NCBI GenBank assembly: GCA_946630785.1
Contig: CAMOZC010000001.1
Location: forward strand, 1-50,978
Direction of reading: 5' to 3'
Length of the DNA stretch: 50,978 bases
DNA from: an uncultured Clostridia bacterium
GTDB taxonomy: Bacteria > Bacillota > Clostridia > Christensenellales > UBA1242
Shown here: positions 18,058 through 27,771 of the stretch, one piece after another
Numbering within the stretch: the first letter of the stretch is position 1
Layout of the letters: every line of letters starts with the position of its first letter
Notes under the pieces: generated by a model
Told to the model about the DNA's origin: nothing
The model's database searches: none
Seen by the model: only the letters and a program-made list of their open reading frames with translations
Position numbers and translations under genes: made by a program

Positions 18058-18975
18058 ATGAAAATTGGAATTGTTGGATTGCCTAATGTCGGTAAAAGTA
18101 CGTTGTTTAATGCCATTACTAAAGCTGGAGCGGAAGTTGCAAACTATCCGTTCTGTACGATTGAGCCTAATATCGGAATTGTTCCAGTACCAGATCCTCG
18201 TGTGGATTTTTTGGCTGAACATTATCATGCCAAATCTGTCATTCATTCTACGGTTAAATTTGTGGATATTGCTGGCTTGGTAAAAGGTGCTTCGCAAGGC
18301 GAGGGTTTGGGAAATAAATTCTTATCGCATATTCGCGAGGTCGATGCGATTGTGCATGTTGTGCGTGCTTTTGATGATCCTAATGTAACTCATGTGGCTG
18401 GTGGTGCTAATCCGGAAAACGATATTGATACAATTAAATTAGAATTGGAATATGCTGGAATTGATAAACCGGTGATTTATGTTGCGAATTATAATGAAAG
18501 TGATATTGCTGACGATGGTGCTAATAACCCACATTTTCAAAAAATTAAAGCCATCGCCGCGGCTGACCATGCTCAAGTGATTGGAATTTGTGCTCAAGTA
18601 GAAAACGAATTGGCGGCTTTGCAAAATGATGAAGAACGTGCGGAATTTATGCAAATGTATGGTTTAAAACAAAGTGGACTGGATCGTTTGGTTGTGGCTG
18701 GTTATGGCCTATTAGGTTTGATTTCGTATTTAACAGCTGGGGAACCAGAAGTTCGTGCTTGGACAATTAAAAAAGGTGATACTGCATTGATTGCGGCCGG
18801 TAAAATTCATACCGATTTTATGCGTGGTTTCATTAAAGCTGAGGTTGTGTCGTATGATGATTTTGTTAAATATGGTGATTTGTTGAATGCTAAAGAACAC
18901 GGTCGTGTGCGTCAAGAGGGGCGCGATTATATCGTACAAGACGGTGACATTATTCATTTCAAATTTAATGTTTAA
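18058..18975 (+). CDS. ychF: Ribosome-binding ATPase YchF, 305 aa, lacking the helical insertion domain
   Basis: [33 protein letters not shown]-domain ending [11 protein letters not shown]. About 58 aa are absent compared with my recalled E. coli YchF. Confidence 0.92.
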   Translation: MKIGIVGLPNVGKSTLFNAITKAGAEVANYPFCTIEPNIGIVPVPDPRVDFLAEHYHAKSVIHSTVKFVDIAGLVKGASQGEGLGNKFLSHIREVDAIVHVVRAFDDPNVTHVAGGANPENDIDTIKLELEYAGIDKPVIYVANYNESDIADDGANNPHFQKIKAIAAADHAQVIGICAQVENELAALQNDEERAEFMQMYGLKQSGLDRLVVAGYGLLGLISYLTAGEPEVRAWTIKKGDTALIAAGKIHTDFMRGFIKAEVVSYDDFVKYGDLLNAKEHGRVRQEGRDYIVQDGDIIHFKFNV

Positions 18976-18992
18976 AATCTCGTAAAAATCAT

Positions 18993-19022
18993 TTGGTAAA
19001 TTTTGCATTCATGGTTTAAAAT
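18993..19022 (+). promoter_or_regulatory. Promoter of the T4SS-like module, leaderless configuration
   Basis: TTGGTA (18993-18998), 18 nt, TAAAAT (19017-19022), 6 nt, ATG (19029). Confidence 0.6.
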
Positions 19023-19028
19023 CAAAGT

Positions 19029-22000
19029 ATGTATTGGGGATATTCATTATTAAAAGTGTGGGATGAAGTTTTTGAGCCACTTTTGTCAGGACTTGCGTAC
19101 ACGGTTTGGAGTGCAATCCCCAAATTCCTTTATACAATTTGGAAATTAATTGCTTGGGTTGTGTCTCAGATTGAAGGTATTTTTAAAAACCTGGCTGGCC
19201 TTGGTGGTGAAAACACTGACATGGTTACTTCAATTATTAATCATCCTGCAGTTCGACAAATTTTTGGTAATCTGGTTGGTTTTGCGACGGCGCTAATTGT
19301 TTTCTTTACGATTGTAAAAATCATTCAAGAACATTACAAAGAAAAGGATGGCGGTAATCCGTATAAGATTATTGTACGTACTTTTAAAGGTTTGTTAATG
19401 TTCTTTTTTGTTCAAGGTGCCGTGACGATTGGATTGGTTGCATCACAAACTATTTTCAGAGCTTTGGATGCTGCTACTGGTACTGGTTCAATGTCAATTG
19501 CTGGACAGGTTTTTAAAGCCATGGCTGCAGATGCAAATCGTAGAAATTCACCACGTTCAGATGGAACTCCGGTTTCGGCTGCGATGAATGAATATTGGGA
19601 TCGGGTTAACAATCAAAGCACCGATAAAGGCAATTATTTTGTAGTGCAAATGACAGGTAATAATAAAGCAAAAACCAGTCAAGCATTGAAAACGAAATAT
19701 GTAGAGTCATTCCCGATTTTGCGTTATGGTGTTGTTAATCAAGATGGTACCGTGACACCAGCCACCAGTTTGTTAAATACTTTTGCCAATGAAAAAGGAA
19801 ATAGAGATAGGGATGAGTACTGGGATCGTGTTGGAGAAGATTTGAGTGGGTTCTATACTACGGTCGGCAGTAGTAGTACGTCATGGTATAACGAAAGTGG
19901 TAGTGTCGCTGGTTCTGTTGGTTTTAAAAGTGATCTTTTACAAGGTATTAATTTAACAGTAACACCGACTATCAGTTTAACTTGGTCGCCAATTGATATT
20001 ACAGATTACGAATATGCTTTGAAATTGGATAGTAAAGTAGAATCAGACGTTGATGTGAAGGTTATGGGTAATGGTGTATTGATTAAAATGGGCATGCAGT
20101 ATGTCAAATACGCTTTAATATCTAAAACTCAAAAATCGCTGGAAGATAGTGCTAAGGTTTTTGGTATATCAATTAACGGTGGTGTAGGTTTACAGGGCGG
20201 TCAAGCGTCAGCAAGTTTTAGTATTGATACACCTTTTGATGATAAATTTTTTCAAATCTTGCAAACTATTTTGGTAAACACCGTGTATACTAATGCTTTT
20301 CAAGTTATCATTGAAATGATTCCAAAATTTCCGGGAGAGTTTAATATTGCTGCAATGCAAATCAATATAGTACAAATATTGGGGCCATTGGTTGCAAGTA
20401 TATTTAAAGAATCGGCTGTTCAAACTTTTCGTATGATGAATTTGATTCCAAAAGATGAAAAAGGCAATGAATTAGTTGAAGTCATGTCGGTGCGTCCGTT
20501 TGATCACAACAGTGGTATTTGGTCAACAGTTAATGGTGGATCTAAAGATTTAACCGTTGGTATCGAACAATACCGTATTGATGGCAACTTTGGTGATTTA
20601 TGGGGTCAATTAGTTAATAATTATTTGGAATTTGTCGAAAAATTGGAATCAACTTCTGACGATTCTTACCAAAAGGCTGCTGATGCGACGGAGGAATTTG
20701 GGGGTTTGGCTAATCGTACGGCTGAACAAAGTGTTTGGTTTGATTATCAAGCGAAAGTCAATTCTTATAATGATACGGCCGCTCGATGCTTAACGAATTT
20801 GGGTAATTTACTGAGGCTTAGAGATGATGCCAATGCACAAACTACTGCCGAAGGTAGACAGGCGATTTTAGACGATAGGGGTTATAATGGTAACATTTAT
20901 GCATTAGATACAGAGATTAAAGAAAATTGGGTTACGGTTGTTAAAGATTATAACTTTTTATATAATCGTAAGCCACGTGATTGTTATGCTGATCCACGTA
21001 TTGTGGGACCAGTTTATAAACCAATCGCCGAATTTAATACTACGAACAATCGTGCGGCTGATATGGGAATTGATGAGATTAAAGCTTCATTGTTCTCTGA
21101 TCATAGTGCTTGGAGCATAGGTGGAGGATCTGGTAACCACGCGGCTGGTGATGTTAAAGTAAATTTAGTAATTGATGATACGGGGCTTTATGGTGATGAA
21201 GGTGCTTATCGCTTGGTCGACTGGGGTGTTTATGGTGATTTGTATACCATTAATCCGTTGGGCACTAACTTGACAAAATATGCAGATATCTACTGTAGTG
21301 ATGTTTGGTATGAAAGCGTAAACATTACTAAGGAACTGGAAGCAATTGACAGTAATGGACACTATAGTCTGTCAAATTCTAAATATGTTGATATGCAAAA
21401 AACCCCCGATGGTACTTGGAATAAACAAGGTGGTATTGCGTATTTTATTGATAAAGCAGGAGATGCCGGTTATGGTACTACTGCTAAAAATGATTGGTAT
21501 CAACATTCTTCTGCGTGTGATATTCTTAATAAGTTGCGTTTGAATGGTCAAGGTTTCTGGTCCGTTAAAGGTATCTACCTACCAGACGTAAAAAATGAGC
21601 CAATTTTCTACTATTACGAAGGTACTAGTCATATGCCTGGTAAGGAGTGGGGAATGACTTTTACCCATTCTGTTAATCCTTCAAGTATTCGTACGTCATC
21701 GGCAAATGCCAATATGGCATTTAATGCTGGTTTATCTAAGCAAAGTGAATTGTTTGATTTAATGACAATGGATACTTCTACAGCTAAAGCGACGGAATTT
21801 GCGAAGAATATTGTTACATTCCGTGAATTGGGAACCTCGGATGGTGATGTAAAAAAAGATAAGAAAACTTTGCAAGAATGGTTGACAACTAAGCCAGCAA
21901 CAATGCCAAATGGTGATTACAAAACTGAAATGATTTGGGAAATGTCCCCTGAAAAAATTAATGATTTAATGGCTTCAAATGGTGCTGAAGGTCGTTGTTA

Positions 22001-25000
22001 TTTATTGAAGAGCAATAATACACCATATGTAAATAAAGTTGAGGATTGGGGTGGTTATATTGGTCAATTCTCGTGGTGGGATGGCGAAACGGTTAACGCT
22101 TTGTATGATGTTCCTTCAATTAATTTTGCGGTTGGTTTTATTGCGATTATTGCAGCTGTCGGTGTTTATTTGAATTTTGCTTTCGGTTTAATTCAACGTG
22201 TGGTTAACATGGCAGTATTGTATGTAATGAGTCCGGTTACCATCGCATTCTATCCATTTGATGATGGTAAACGCTTCACGGGTAGTTTCGTTACTCCATT
22301 CTACAAAGAGGCAATTAGTGCATTTGCCGTAATTATTTCGTTGAACCTGTTTGTTGTTTTAATGCAACCAGTTGAACAAGCCGTAGCTACTGCTACTGGT
22401 GCGAAAGCTTTAGGCTGGTTAAGTTTGGTTGCTTTTGTTTCAATGCTACCGAAAATTCGTGATTCAATCACATCAATCCTGGGTGCAGGTTCGTTGTCGG
22501 AAAAGAGTTTAACTGACGCGTTTAAAGGGTTCAAAAGTTCAATGATGCCATCTGATTTGAAAAATGCTTGGGGTGCTGGTAAAAAAGGTCTTAAATCGGC
22601 GGCACATGCAAGTGCAAAGATTCGCAATGCGGTTGATGCTCATAAGGTTAAGCTACAATCTAAACGTGATAAAGAATTAAGCCACTTGAACCAATTGAAG
22701 GCAGAAAATAAATTGGGTTGGTGGGGTGAGCGCCGTCTAAATAAACTTAATGCCCAAGATTCAATGCAGAAACGAATTGATGAAGCGCGTGCATCAGGAG
22801 ATAGTTCCAAGTTGAGCAAACGTGAACGCCGTCGTTTAAAACGTCAAAATGAAGCTGCTACTCAACAAGCTAAAGCAGCTATTAAGCGTGAGGATTATAA
22901 GAGTGATGCCGAATATCAACAAGCTCTTGATGATAAGAAGAATGCCTTGTTGAATGATGCAAACTTCAAAAGATCAGTTAATGGCGTTATGGCAGCAAAA
23001 CACCGGTTCAGTAATACCGCTTTTGCGAAAAACATGAAAGCAATTGGTAATTATTGGAACAATTCGGTTATTGGTGAAATGGTTGAAGCGAAACTTGGTA
23101 TGAATGGTGAATTATCACAAAATAAAGATTCATTCTGGGGTGAAGTTCAACGTTGGCGCGACAAAGCTGCTCGTGCCGATAATATGGGCAAGATTAAGAA
23201 TGAATTCTTGGCGCGTGAAAGAAAACGATATGAGCATTTTAATGTAATGTCAGACGTTAGTGTTGAATACCGTGTCAACAAAGATAAAGCTAATTATGAA
23301 CTTGAAAAAACTGTTGATGGTTTGACTAATTCAAGATTGGCTAGTATGAGTGATAAGGATAAATATATTGCGTTAAAAACAAAAGAATGGTTAAATCAAG
23401 GTAAAGATATTAATGACGCAAAAGAACTGGCTGAAATTGATGCATATAATTTCAAAGGTAACTTCGGTGATGCGGTATCGCAGATGGGTGGTGATAAAGC
23501 ATTGTTTGACGATTTGCATGCGCAATTCGAAAGTGAATTGAATCAAAAGAAAAACCTTGGTACTGGTGGTATTGTGGCTGAGTTAAACAAAGCTAAAGAA
23601 AAACGTGAAAATGATCTGACAACGAGTGCAGAGAACCTAGGTAAACTTCTTGATAAAACAAGTACTGAAGATTTAGCCAAAATTAAAAATGTTTTGAGCC
23701 ATGCAAAGAGTTCGACGTCCTTAGATCAATTAGCCGATAAACTGGGTTCACAACTTGGTATGGATGTTGAACAGGTCAAAAATCTGACGCTTCATGATTA
23801 TAAGGATGTTCAATCTAAATTGCAGATTAATGACGATATTGAACTATTGACTGCTGCGAAAAAATCAATTGAACTTGATATCAGTGCTACTAAAGTTGTT
23901 GAAGATAAATTGGCTGGTCTTGCTTTTAATGATAAGAATGCCGTTATGACTGCGCTAAATAACGCCAATGATATGAACCTTCATTCAACCAATAAAGATT
24001 CGGTTGGTTATAAATTAAATCAAGAACTGGCAAACCATAATGGTGATGTTAATAATCCAGAATATATTAAGGCCGCTGCTAGAATCAAACAGGAGGCGAT
24101 GGATCAATGTGATGCGATTTTACGTGAAATTGCAACACGTAACGAAATGGCAATTCGTGGGCAAGATATCATTAACAAAACTACTCAGGAATTTAGTTCA
24201 ACTCGTACAATGTCTACCTATACTGGGTACATGAAACAGCGTGAAGCCATTATGAGTGATGAAATGGATCCATACGCACATAAACTCTTGGTTAACGATA
24301 GTATGATCCGTGATATGCATAGTTCAGGTAATTATGCTGGCGCGGGTGAAAAAATGAAGATGGTGGTTGAAGCCGTTCGCCGCCACGATGATGAAACTAT
24401 CAGCAAACTTGGTTTTGATCAAAAAACTGTTGAAACATTAAATGATTGGGTTAAACAAGGTTTGGACAGTCGTTTGGATGGTATTTATAAATTGGGTACC
24501 TTCGATCATTCATTCCTCAGTGATGGTAGTTATGCCATGGGTGGTGATACTTTGAATGGGGTTGCTTCAGCCATGACCAATGTTTTACGTATGGCAGAAT
24601 TGAAAAACCTTTCGGGTAAATTTGAAGTTATGGTTAAAAATCAGTCCGATATTGAAAACTCTGCACGTAATATGGTTACTCAGATTAGGTCGGAAATTGA
24701 AAGTTCAATTAACGAAAATGCAAAATGGACACAGGACTTACTCAATGGTGCATTTAAAGATGCTAGTGGAAAGGCAATTAACAACGCTGAAGAGTTGGCA
24801 GCCGCAGTTAGTGAGGCCATGAGGACCATTAATGAAGAGGGAAATGATAAAGCCAATAAGCCGTGGATTAAGGATTTATTGAATGGATTAAACAAAGCCA
24901 AGAGTGATCATGGTGATGATTACGGTGCAATTGGTGCAATCGATAATGTGTTAAAAGGCTTTGATGCCGCTAAGCGTGCGAATATCGCATTTGAAAATTC

Positions 25001-25094
25001 ACAAAATGCGCAAGCCGATAAAAACTCATATGATGCTATGTGGCGTAAAATTGTCAACGAACAAATGAAAGGGCAATCTGGCTCTGGGAAGTGA
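19029..25094 (+). CDS. Giant (2021 aa) polytopic membrane protein, VirB6/TrbL-like by topology, with a large exposed insert and a long hydrophilic C-terminal domain
   Basis: TM cluster 1 spans about aa 20-145. A mostly hydrophilic region spans about aa 150-1030. TM cluster 2 spans about aa 1031-1145 (INFAVGFIAIIAAVGVYLNFAFGLI, VVNMAVLYVMSPVTIAFYPF, AISAFAVIISLNLFVVLMQPV, LGWLSLVAFVSMLPKI). The tail of about 880 aa is rich in K/E/D/N/Q. The gene lies directly upstream of a VirB4-class ATPase. Confidence 0.6.
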   Translation: MYWGYSLLKVWDEVFEPLLSGLAYTVWSAIPKFLYTIWKLIAWVVSQIEGIFKNLAGLGGENTDMVTSIINHPAVRQIFGNLVGFATALIVFFTIVKIIQEHYKEKDGGNPYKIIVRTFKGLLMFFFVQGAVTIGLVASQTIFRALDAATGTGSMSIAGQVFKAMAADANRRNSPRSDGTPVSAAMNEYWDRVNNQSTDKGNYFVVQMTGNNKAKTSQALKTKYVESFPILRYGVVNQDGTVTPATSLLNTFANEKGNRDRDEYWDRVGEDLSGFYTTVGSSSTSWYNESGSVAGSVGFKSDLLQGINLTVTPTISLTWSPIDITDYEYALKLDSKVESDVDVKVMGNGVLIKMGMQYVKYALISKTQKSLEDSAKVFGISINGGVGLQGGQASASFSIDTPFDDKFFQILQTILVNTVYTNAFQVIIEMIPKFPGEFNIAAMQINIVQILGPLVASIFKESAVQTFRMMNLIPKDEKGNELVEVMSVRPFDHNSGIWSTVNGGSKDLTVGIEQYRIDGNFGDLWGQLVNNYLEFVEKLESTSDDSYQKAADATEEFGGLANRTAEQSVWFDYQAKVNSYNDTAARCLTNLGNLLRLRDDANAQTTAEGRQAILDDRGYNGNIYALDTEIKENWVTVVKDYNFLYNRKPRDCYADPRIVGPVYKPIAEFNTTNNRAADMGIDEIKASLFSDHSAWSIGGGSGNHAAGDVKVNLVIDDTGLYGDEGAYRLVDWGVYGDLYTINPLGTNLTKYADIYCSDVWYESVNITKELEAIDSNGHYSLSNSKYVDMQKTPDGTWNKQGGIAYFIDKAGDAGYGTTAKNDWYQHSSACDILNKLRLNGQGFWSVKGIYLPDVKNEPIFYYYEGTSHMPGKEWGMTFTHSVNPSSIRTSSANANMAFNAGLSKQSELFDLMTMDTSTAKATEFAKNIVTFRELGTSDGDVKKDKKTLQEWLTTKPATMPNGDYKTEMIWEMSPEKINDLMASNGAEGRCYLLKSNNTPYVNKVEDWGGYIGQFSWWDGETVNALYDVPSINFAVGFIAIIAAVGVYLNFAFGLIQRVVNMAVLYVMSPVTIAFYPFDDGKRFTGSFVTPFYKEAISAFAVIISLNLFVVLMQPVEQAVATATGAKALGWLSLVAFVSMLPKIRDSITSILGAGSLSEKSLTDAFKGFKSSMMPSDLKNAWGAGKKGLKSAAHASAKIRNAVDAHKVKLQSKRDKELSHLNQLKAENKLGWWGERRLNKLNAQDSMQKRIDEARASGDSSKLSKRERRRLKRQNEAATQQAKAAIKREDYKSDAEYQQALDDKKNALLNDANFKRSVNGVMAAKHRFSNTAFAKNMKAIGNYWNNSVIGEMVEAKLGMNGELSQNKDSFWGEVQRWRDKAARADNMGKIKNEFLARERKRYEHFNVMSDVSVEYRVNKDKANYELEKTVDGLTNSRLASMSDKDKYIALKTKEWLNQGKDINDAKELAEIDAYNFKGNFGDAVSQMGGDKALFDDLHAQFESELNQKKNLGTGGIVAELNKAKEKRENDLTTSAENLGKLLDKTSTEDLAKIKNVLSHAKSSTSLDQLADKLGSQLGMDVEQVKNLTLHDYKDVQSKLQINDDIELLTAAKKSIELDISATKVVEDKLAGLAFNDKNAVMTALNNANDMNLHSTNKDSVGYKLNQELANHNGDVNNPEYIKAAARIKQEAMDQCDAILREIATRNEMAIRGQDIINKTTQEFSSTRTMSTYTGYMKQREAIMSDEMDPYAHKLLVNDSMIRDMHSSGNYAGAGEKMKMVVEAVRRHDDETISKLGFDQKTVETLNDWVKQGLDSRLDGIYKLGTFDHSFLSDGSYAMGGDTLNGVASAMTNVLRMAELKNLSGKFEVMVKNQSDIENSARNMVTQIRSEIESSINENAKWTQDLLNGAFKDASGKAINNAEELAAAVSEAMRTINEEGNDKANKPWIKDLLNGLNKAKSDHGDDYGAIGAIDNVLKGFDAAKRANIAFENSQNAQADKNSYDAMWRKIVNEQMKGQSGSGK

Positions 25095-25100
25095 TAAATA

Positions 25101-27725
25101 ATGGGTGAGTATTTTATCCCGCGTAAGACCAAAATCAAGACCGTCTTCATTAAGGGGCTGACTTCTAGTGATTTAATTTGGTTGGTTTTCGGCATTGGTG
25201 CCACCGTATTATTGTTCGTTTCTCAGATGATTCCCTTGATGGTCTTGGGCGGTGTTGTTGGTTTCTTAGTTATTATTGGTATGACCAAGGACATCGCGGG
25301 CGACCGTCGTTACGAATCTTTCATTTGGTATTTTAGATTTTTGGCTTATCCGAAAAAATATGCTAAAGCACTAGAGAAGGGTTATGTTGAAATGTCGCGT
25401 TTGGCACCATATCTTGGTACTGCCGATGATAAGTTTATTGATTATGGTAATTATTTTGCGTCAGTAATTGAAATTATGCCAGTTGAATTCTGGCTTTTGG
25501 GACCAGAAGCACAAACCATGTTAATTAATAACATGGCTAATGCTTTGCGCCGTATTGGGTCGCAACATTCTGGTAGTTTAATTGCTTTTGAAAAACCAAT
25601 TTTATTTGATAATTACATTGATAATGAAATTCAAAAATATGATGAATTGGTAAAAAATGTTGACCGTGGCGTTTTTTCGCAAGAAGAATTGGAAGCGCGT
25701 GAACCAGTGTTTAGGTCCCGTGGACAAATGCTGGAATACATGAACGAAGAATCCAAGGTTTTCCGTACCAGTTATTATTTGGTTATATATGGTAGCAAGA
25801 AAGAGGAGTTGGATACCGTTACCGAAAGTGTCGTTCCAGCTTTAGGGGCATCGTTGCATGCTCATCGCTTAAAGGGAAAGGAATTATATATTTTCTTACG
25901 TGGTAATTATGGTAAAAATTTCAACGAAAAAGATTTTGACCATATGCCATTTGATAAACGTACAGAATGGACATTCCCCGATAAAATTAAATTTGGTGTT
26001 GGTAAATTTACCCAAGATAATGAACAAAAAACTACCTTTACGATTACTGACTATCCGATGAATGTTAGCAGTGCTTGGTTGTATACTTTCTTTAACTATC
26101 CAAATTGCCGTGCCGTTATGAATTTCTCACAGGTTTCCAAAGCGGAATCAGAAAAACTAATTGACCGTGCCATCATGGAAATGCGTTCGCAAGAGGCTAG
26201 CAAGGGTAAGGAAAGTCAAAAAATGGAAAAAGAAAGCCAATTGCAAACGATTGAACAAATGTTACAACAGTTAAAAACTGGTAATGAACAAATGTTCAAT
26301 GTTAATATCCATTTGACGACAGATACTAAAACAGCCATCGAATTACGTAATACTATTATTGAAGAGGGCTTTAGGTTTACCAACAATACAGGTAAACAAA
26401 TTGATGCTTTTGTATCAGCTAACGTTTCACGTTTGGATAAATATGATAATGTTGAGCGTGGTATGGTTACCAGTACATTAGGGGCCAGTTTCCCATTCGT
26501 TTCAGATTTGTTAATGGATGACAAAGGAATTATGTTGGGAAGTAACAGTAACCCTGTGTTTGTGGATTTCTTCCAGCGTAATGATGTACGTGTTAATAGT
26601 AACATGATTATTATCGGTAAATCCGGTGGTGGTAAATCCTTTGCGACAAAATCAATCCTGACACATTTGGCGGCAGACAATACGCGTATTTATATTTGTG
26701 ACCCTGAAAAAGAATATTCAACCATGGCAAAAAATTTGCATGGTGGTATGATTGACGTTGGTAATGCGGGGCGTGGGCGTTTCAATCCTTTCCATATTTA
26801 TCCAAACATGTTGGATGAAGATGATGAAACCGGGGAAGAGTATGATGACACATTTGAAAGTCATTTGCGTTTCTTGGAAAGTTTCTTCAAAATTGTTATG
26901 GAAGGTATCCGTTCTGATGCATTGGAAGCGTTGAACGGCTTGGTTAACCGCTTGTATAGCATGAAAGGCATTGACCGCTATACTGACTTTGCTAAATTAA
27001 GACCAGAACAATTCCCAGTTTTTGATGAGTTGTATGAATTGGCAAAACGTAGTTACGCGCAATCTAAGGATGAATTCTCGCGTGTTAACTATCGTGTTTT
27101 GACAACTTATTTGGAAAAGTTTGCTGAAGGTGGCCGTTATTCTGGTTTGTGGAATGGACCAAATACCATTCGTACAGAAGAAAACTTCTTCGTGTTTAAC
27201 TTCTTAACATTGTTGTCTAACAAAAACGAATTGGTTGCTAACGCGCAGATGTTGTTGGTATTTAAATACCTGGAAGGTGAGGTTATTAAAAATCGTGAGT
27301 ATAACCAGAAATACCACACCAAACGTAAAATTATTATTGTCGTTGATGAGGCGCACGTCTTTATTGATGAAAAACGTCCGGTTGCGTTGGACTTTATGTT
27401 CCAAATGGCAAAACGTATTCGTAAGTATGACGGTATGCAAATCGTTATTACACAAAATATTAAGGACTTTGTGGGTTCGCCAGCAATTGCAAAAAAATCC
27501 GCCGCGATTATCAACGCGTCACAATATAGTTTGATTTTCTCGTTAGCACCAAACGATATGACCGACTTGGTAACGTTGTACAAAAACGCTGGTGGTATCA
27601 ACAAAAGCGAACAACAAACCATTGTTGCCGCTCCACGTGGTCAATGTTTCTTTATGTATGGACCAGTGGCGCGCTCAACTATTCGCATTGAAACCAGTAA
27701 CGATATTCGCAGCGTGTTTGAGTAA
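25101..27725 (+). CDS. virB4: VirB4/TraE/TrsE-class T4SS ATPase with a fused N-terminal VirB3/PrgI-like TM hairpin
   Basis: Two N-terminal TM helices (aa ~24-62). Walker A IIGKSGGGKS (nt 26616), DPEKEY (nt 26700), FNPF, Walker B IIVVDEAH (D at nt 27345), IVITQNIKDF. The Walker A sits at about aa 506 of 874, as in VirB4 proteins. Confidence 0.8.
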   Translation: MGEYFIPRKTKIKTVFIKGLTSSDLIWLVFGIGATVLLFVSQMIPLMVLGGVVGFLVIIGMTKDIAGDRRYESFIWYFRFLAYPKKYAKALEKGYVEMSRLAPYLGTADDKFIDYGNYFASVIEIMPVEFWLLGPEAQTMLINNMANALRRIGSQHSGSLIAFEKPILFDNYIDNEIQKYDELVKNVDRGVFSQEELEAREPVFRSRGQMLEYMNEESKVFRTSYYLVIYGSKKEELDTVTESVVPALGASLHAHRLKGKELYIFLRGNYGKNFNEKDFDHMPFDKRTEWTFPDKIKFGVGKFTQDNEQKTTFTITDYPMNVSSAWLYTFFNYPNCRAVMNFSQVSKAESEKLIDRAIMEMRSQEASKGKESQKMEKESQLQTIEQMLQQLKTGNEQMFNVNIHLTTDTKTAIELRNTIIEEGFRFTNNTGKQIDAFVSANVSRLDKYDNVERGMVTSTLGASFPFVSDLLMDDKGIMLGSNSNPVFVDFFQRNDVRVNSNMIIIGKSGGGKSFATKSILTHLAADNTRIYICDPEKEYSTMAKNLHGGMIDVGNAGRGRFNPFHIYPNMLDEDDETGEEYDDTFESHLRFLESFFKIVMEGIRSDALEALNGLVNRLYSMKGIDRYTDFAKLRPEQFPVFDELYELAKRSYAQSKDEFSRVNYRVLTTYLEKFAEGGRYSGLWNGPNTIRTEENFFVFNFLTLLSNKNELVANAQMLLVFKYLEGEVIKNREYNQKYHTKRKIIIVVDEAHVFIDEKRPVALDFMFQMAKRIRKYDGMQIVITQNIKDFVGSPAIAKKSAAIINASQYSLIFSLAPNDMTDLVTLYKNAGGINKSEQQTIVAAPRGQCFFMYGPVARSTIRIETSNDIRSVFE

Positions 27726-27743
27726 AACATTTGTTGTGAAGAT

Positions 27744-27771
27744 AAAGCCCGGATTGCGCGGGCTTTTTTTA
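27744..27771 (+). terminator. Rho-independent terminator ending the T4SS-like module
   Basis: aaagcccg / cgggcttt hairpin with a 7-nt loop and T7. Confidence 0.85.
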
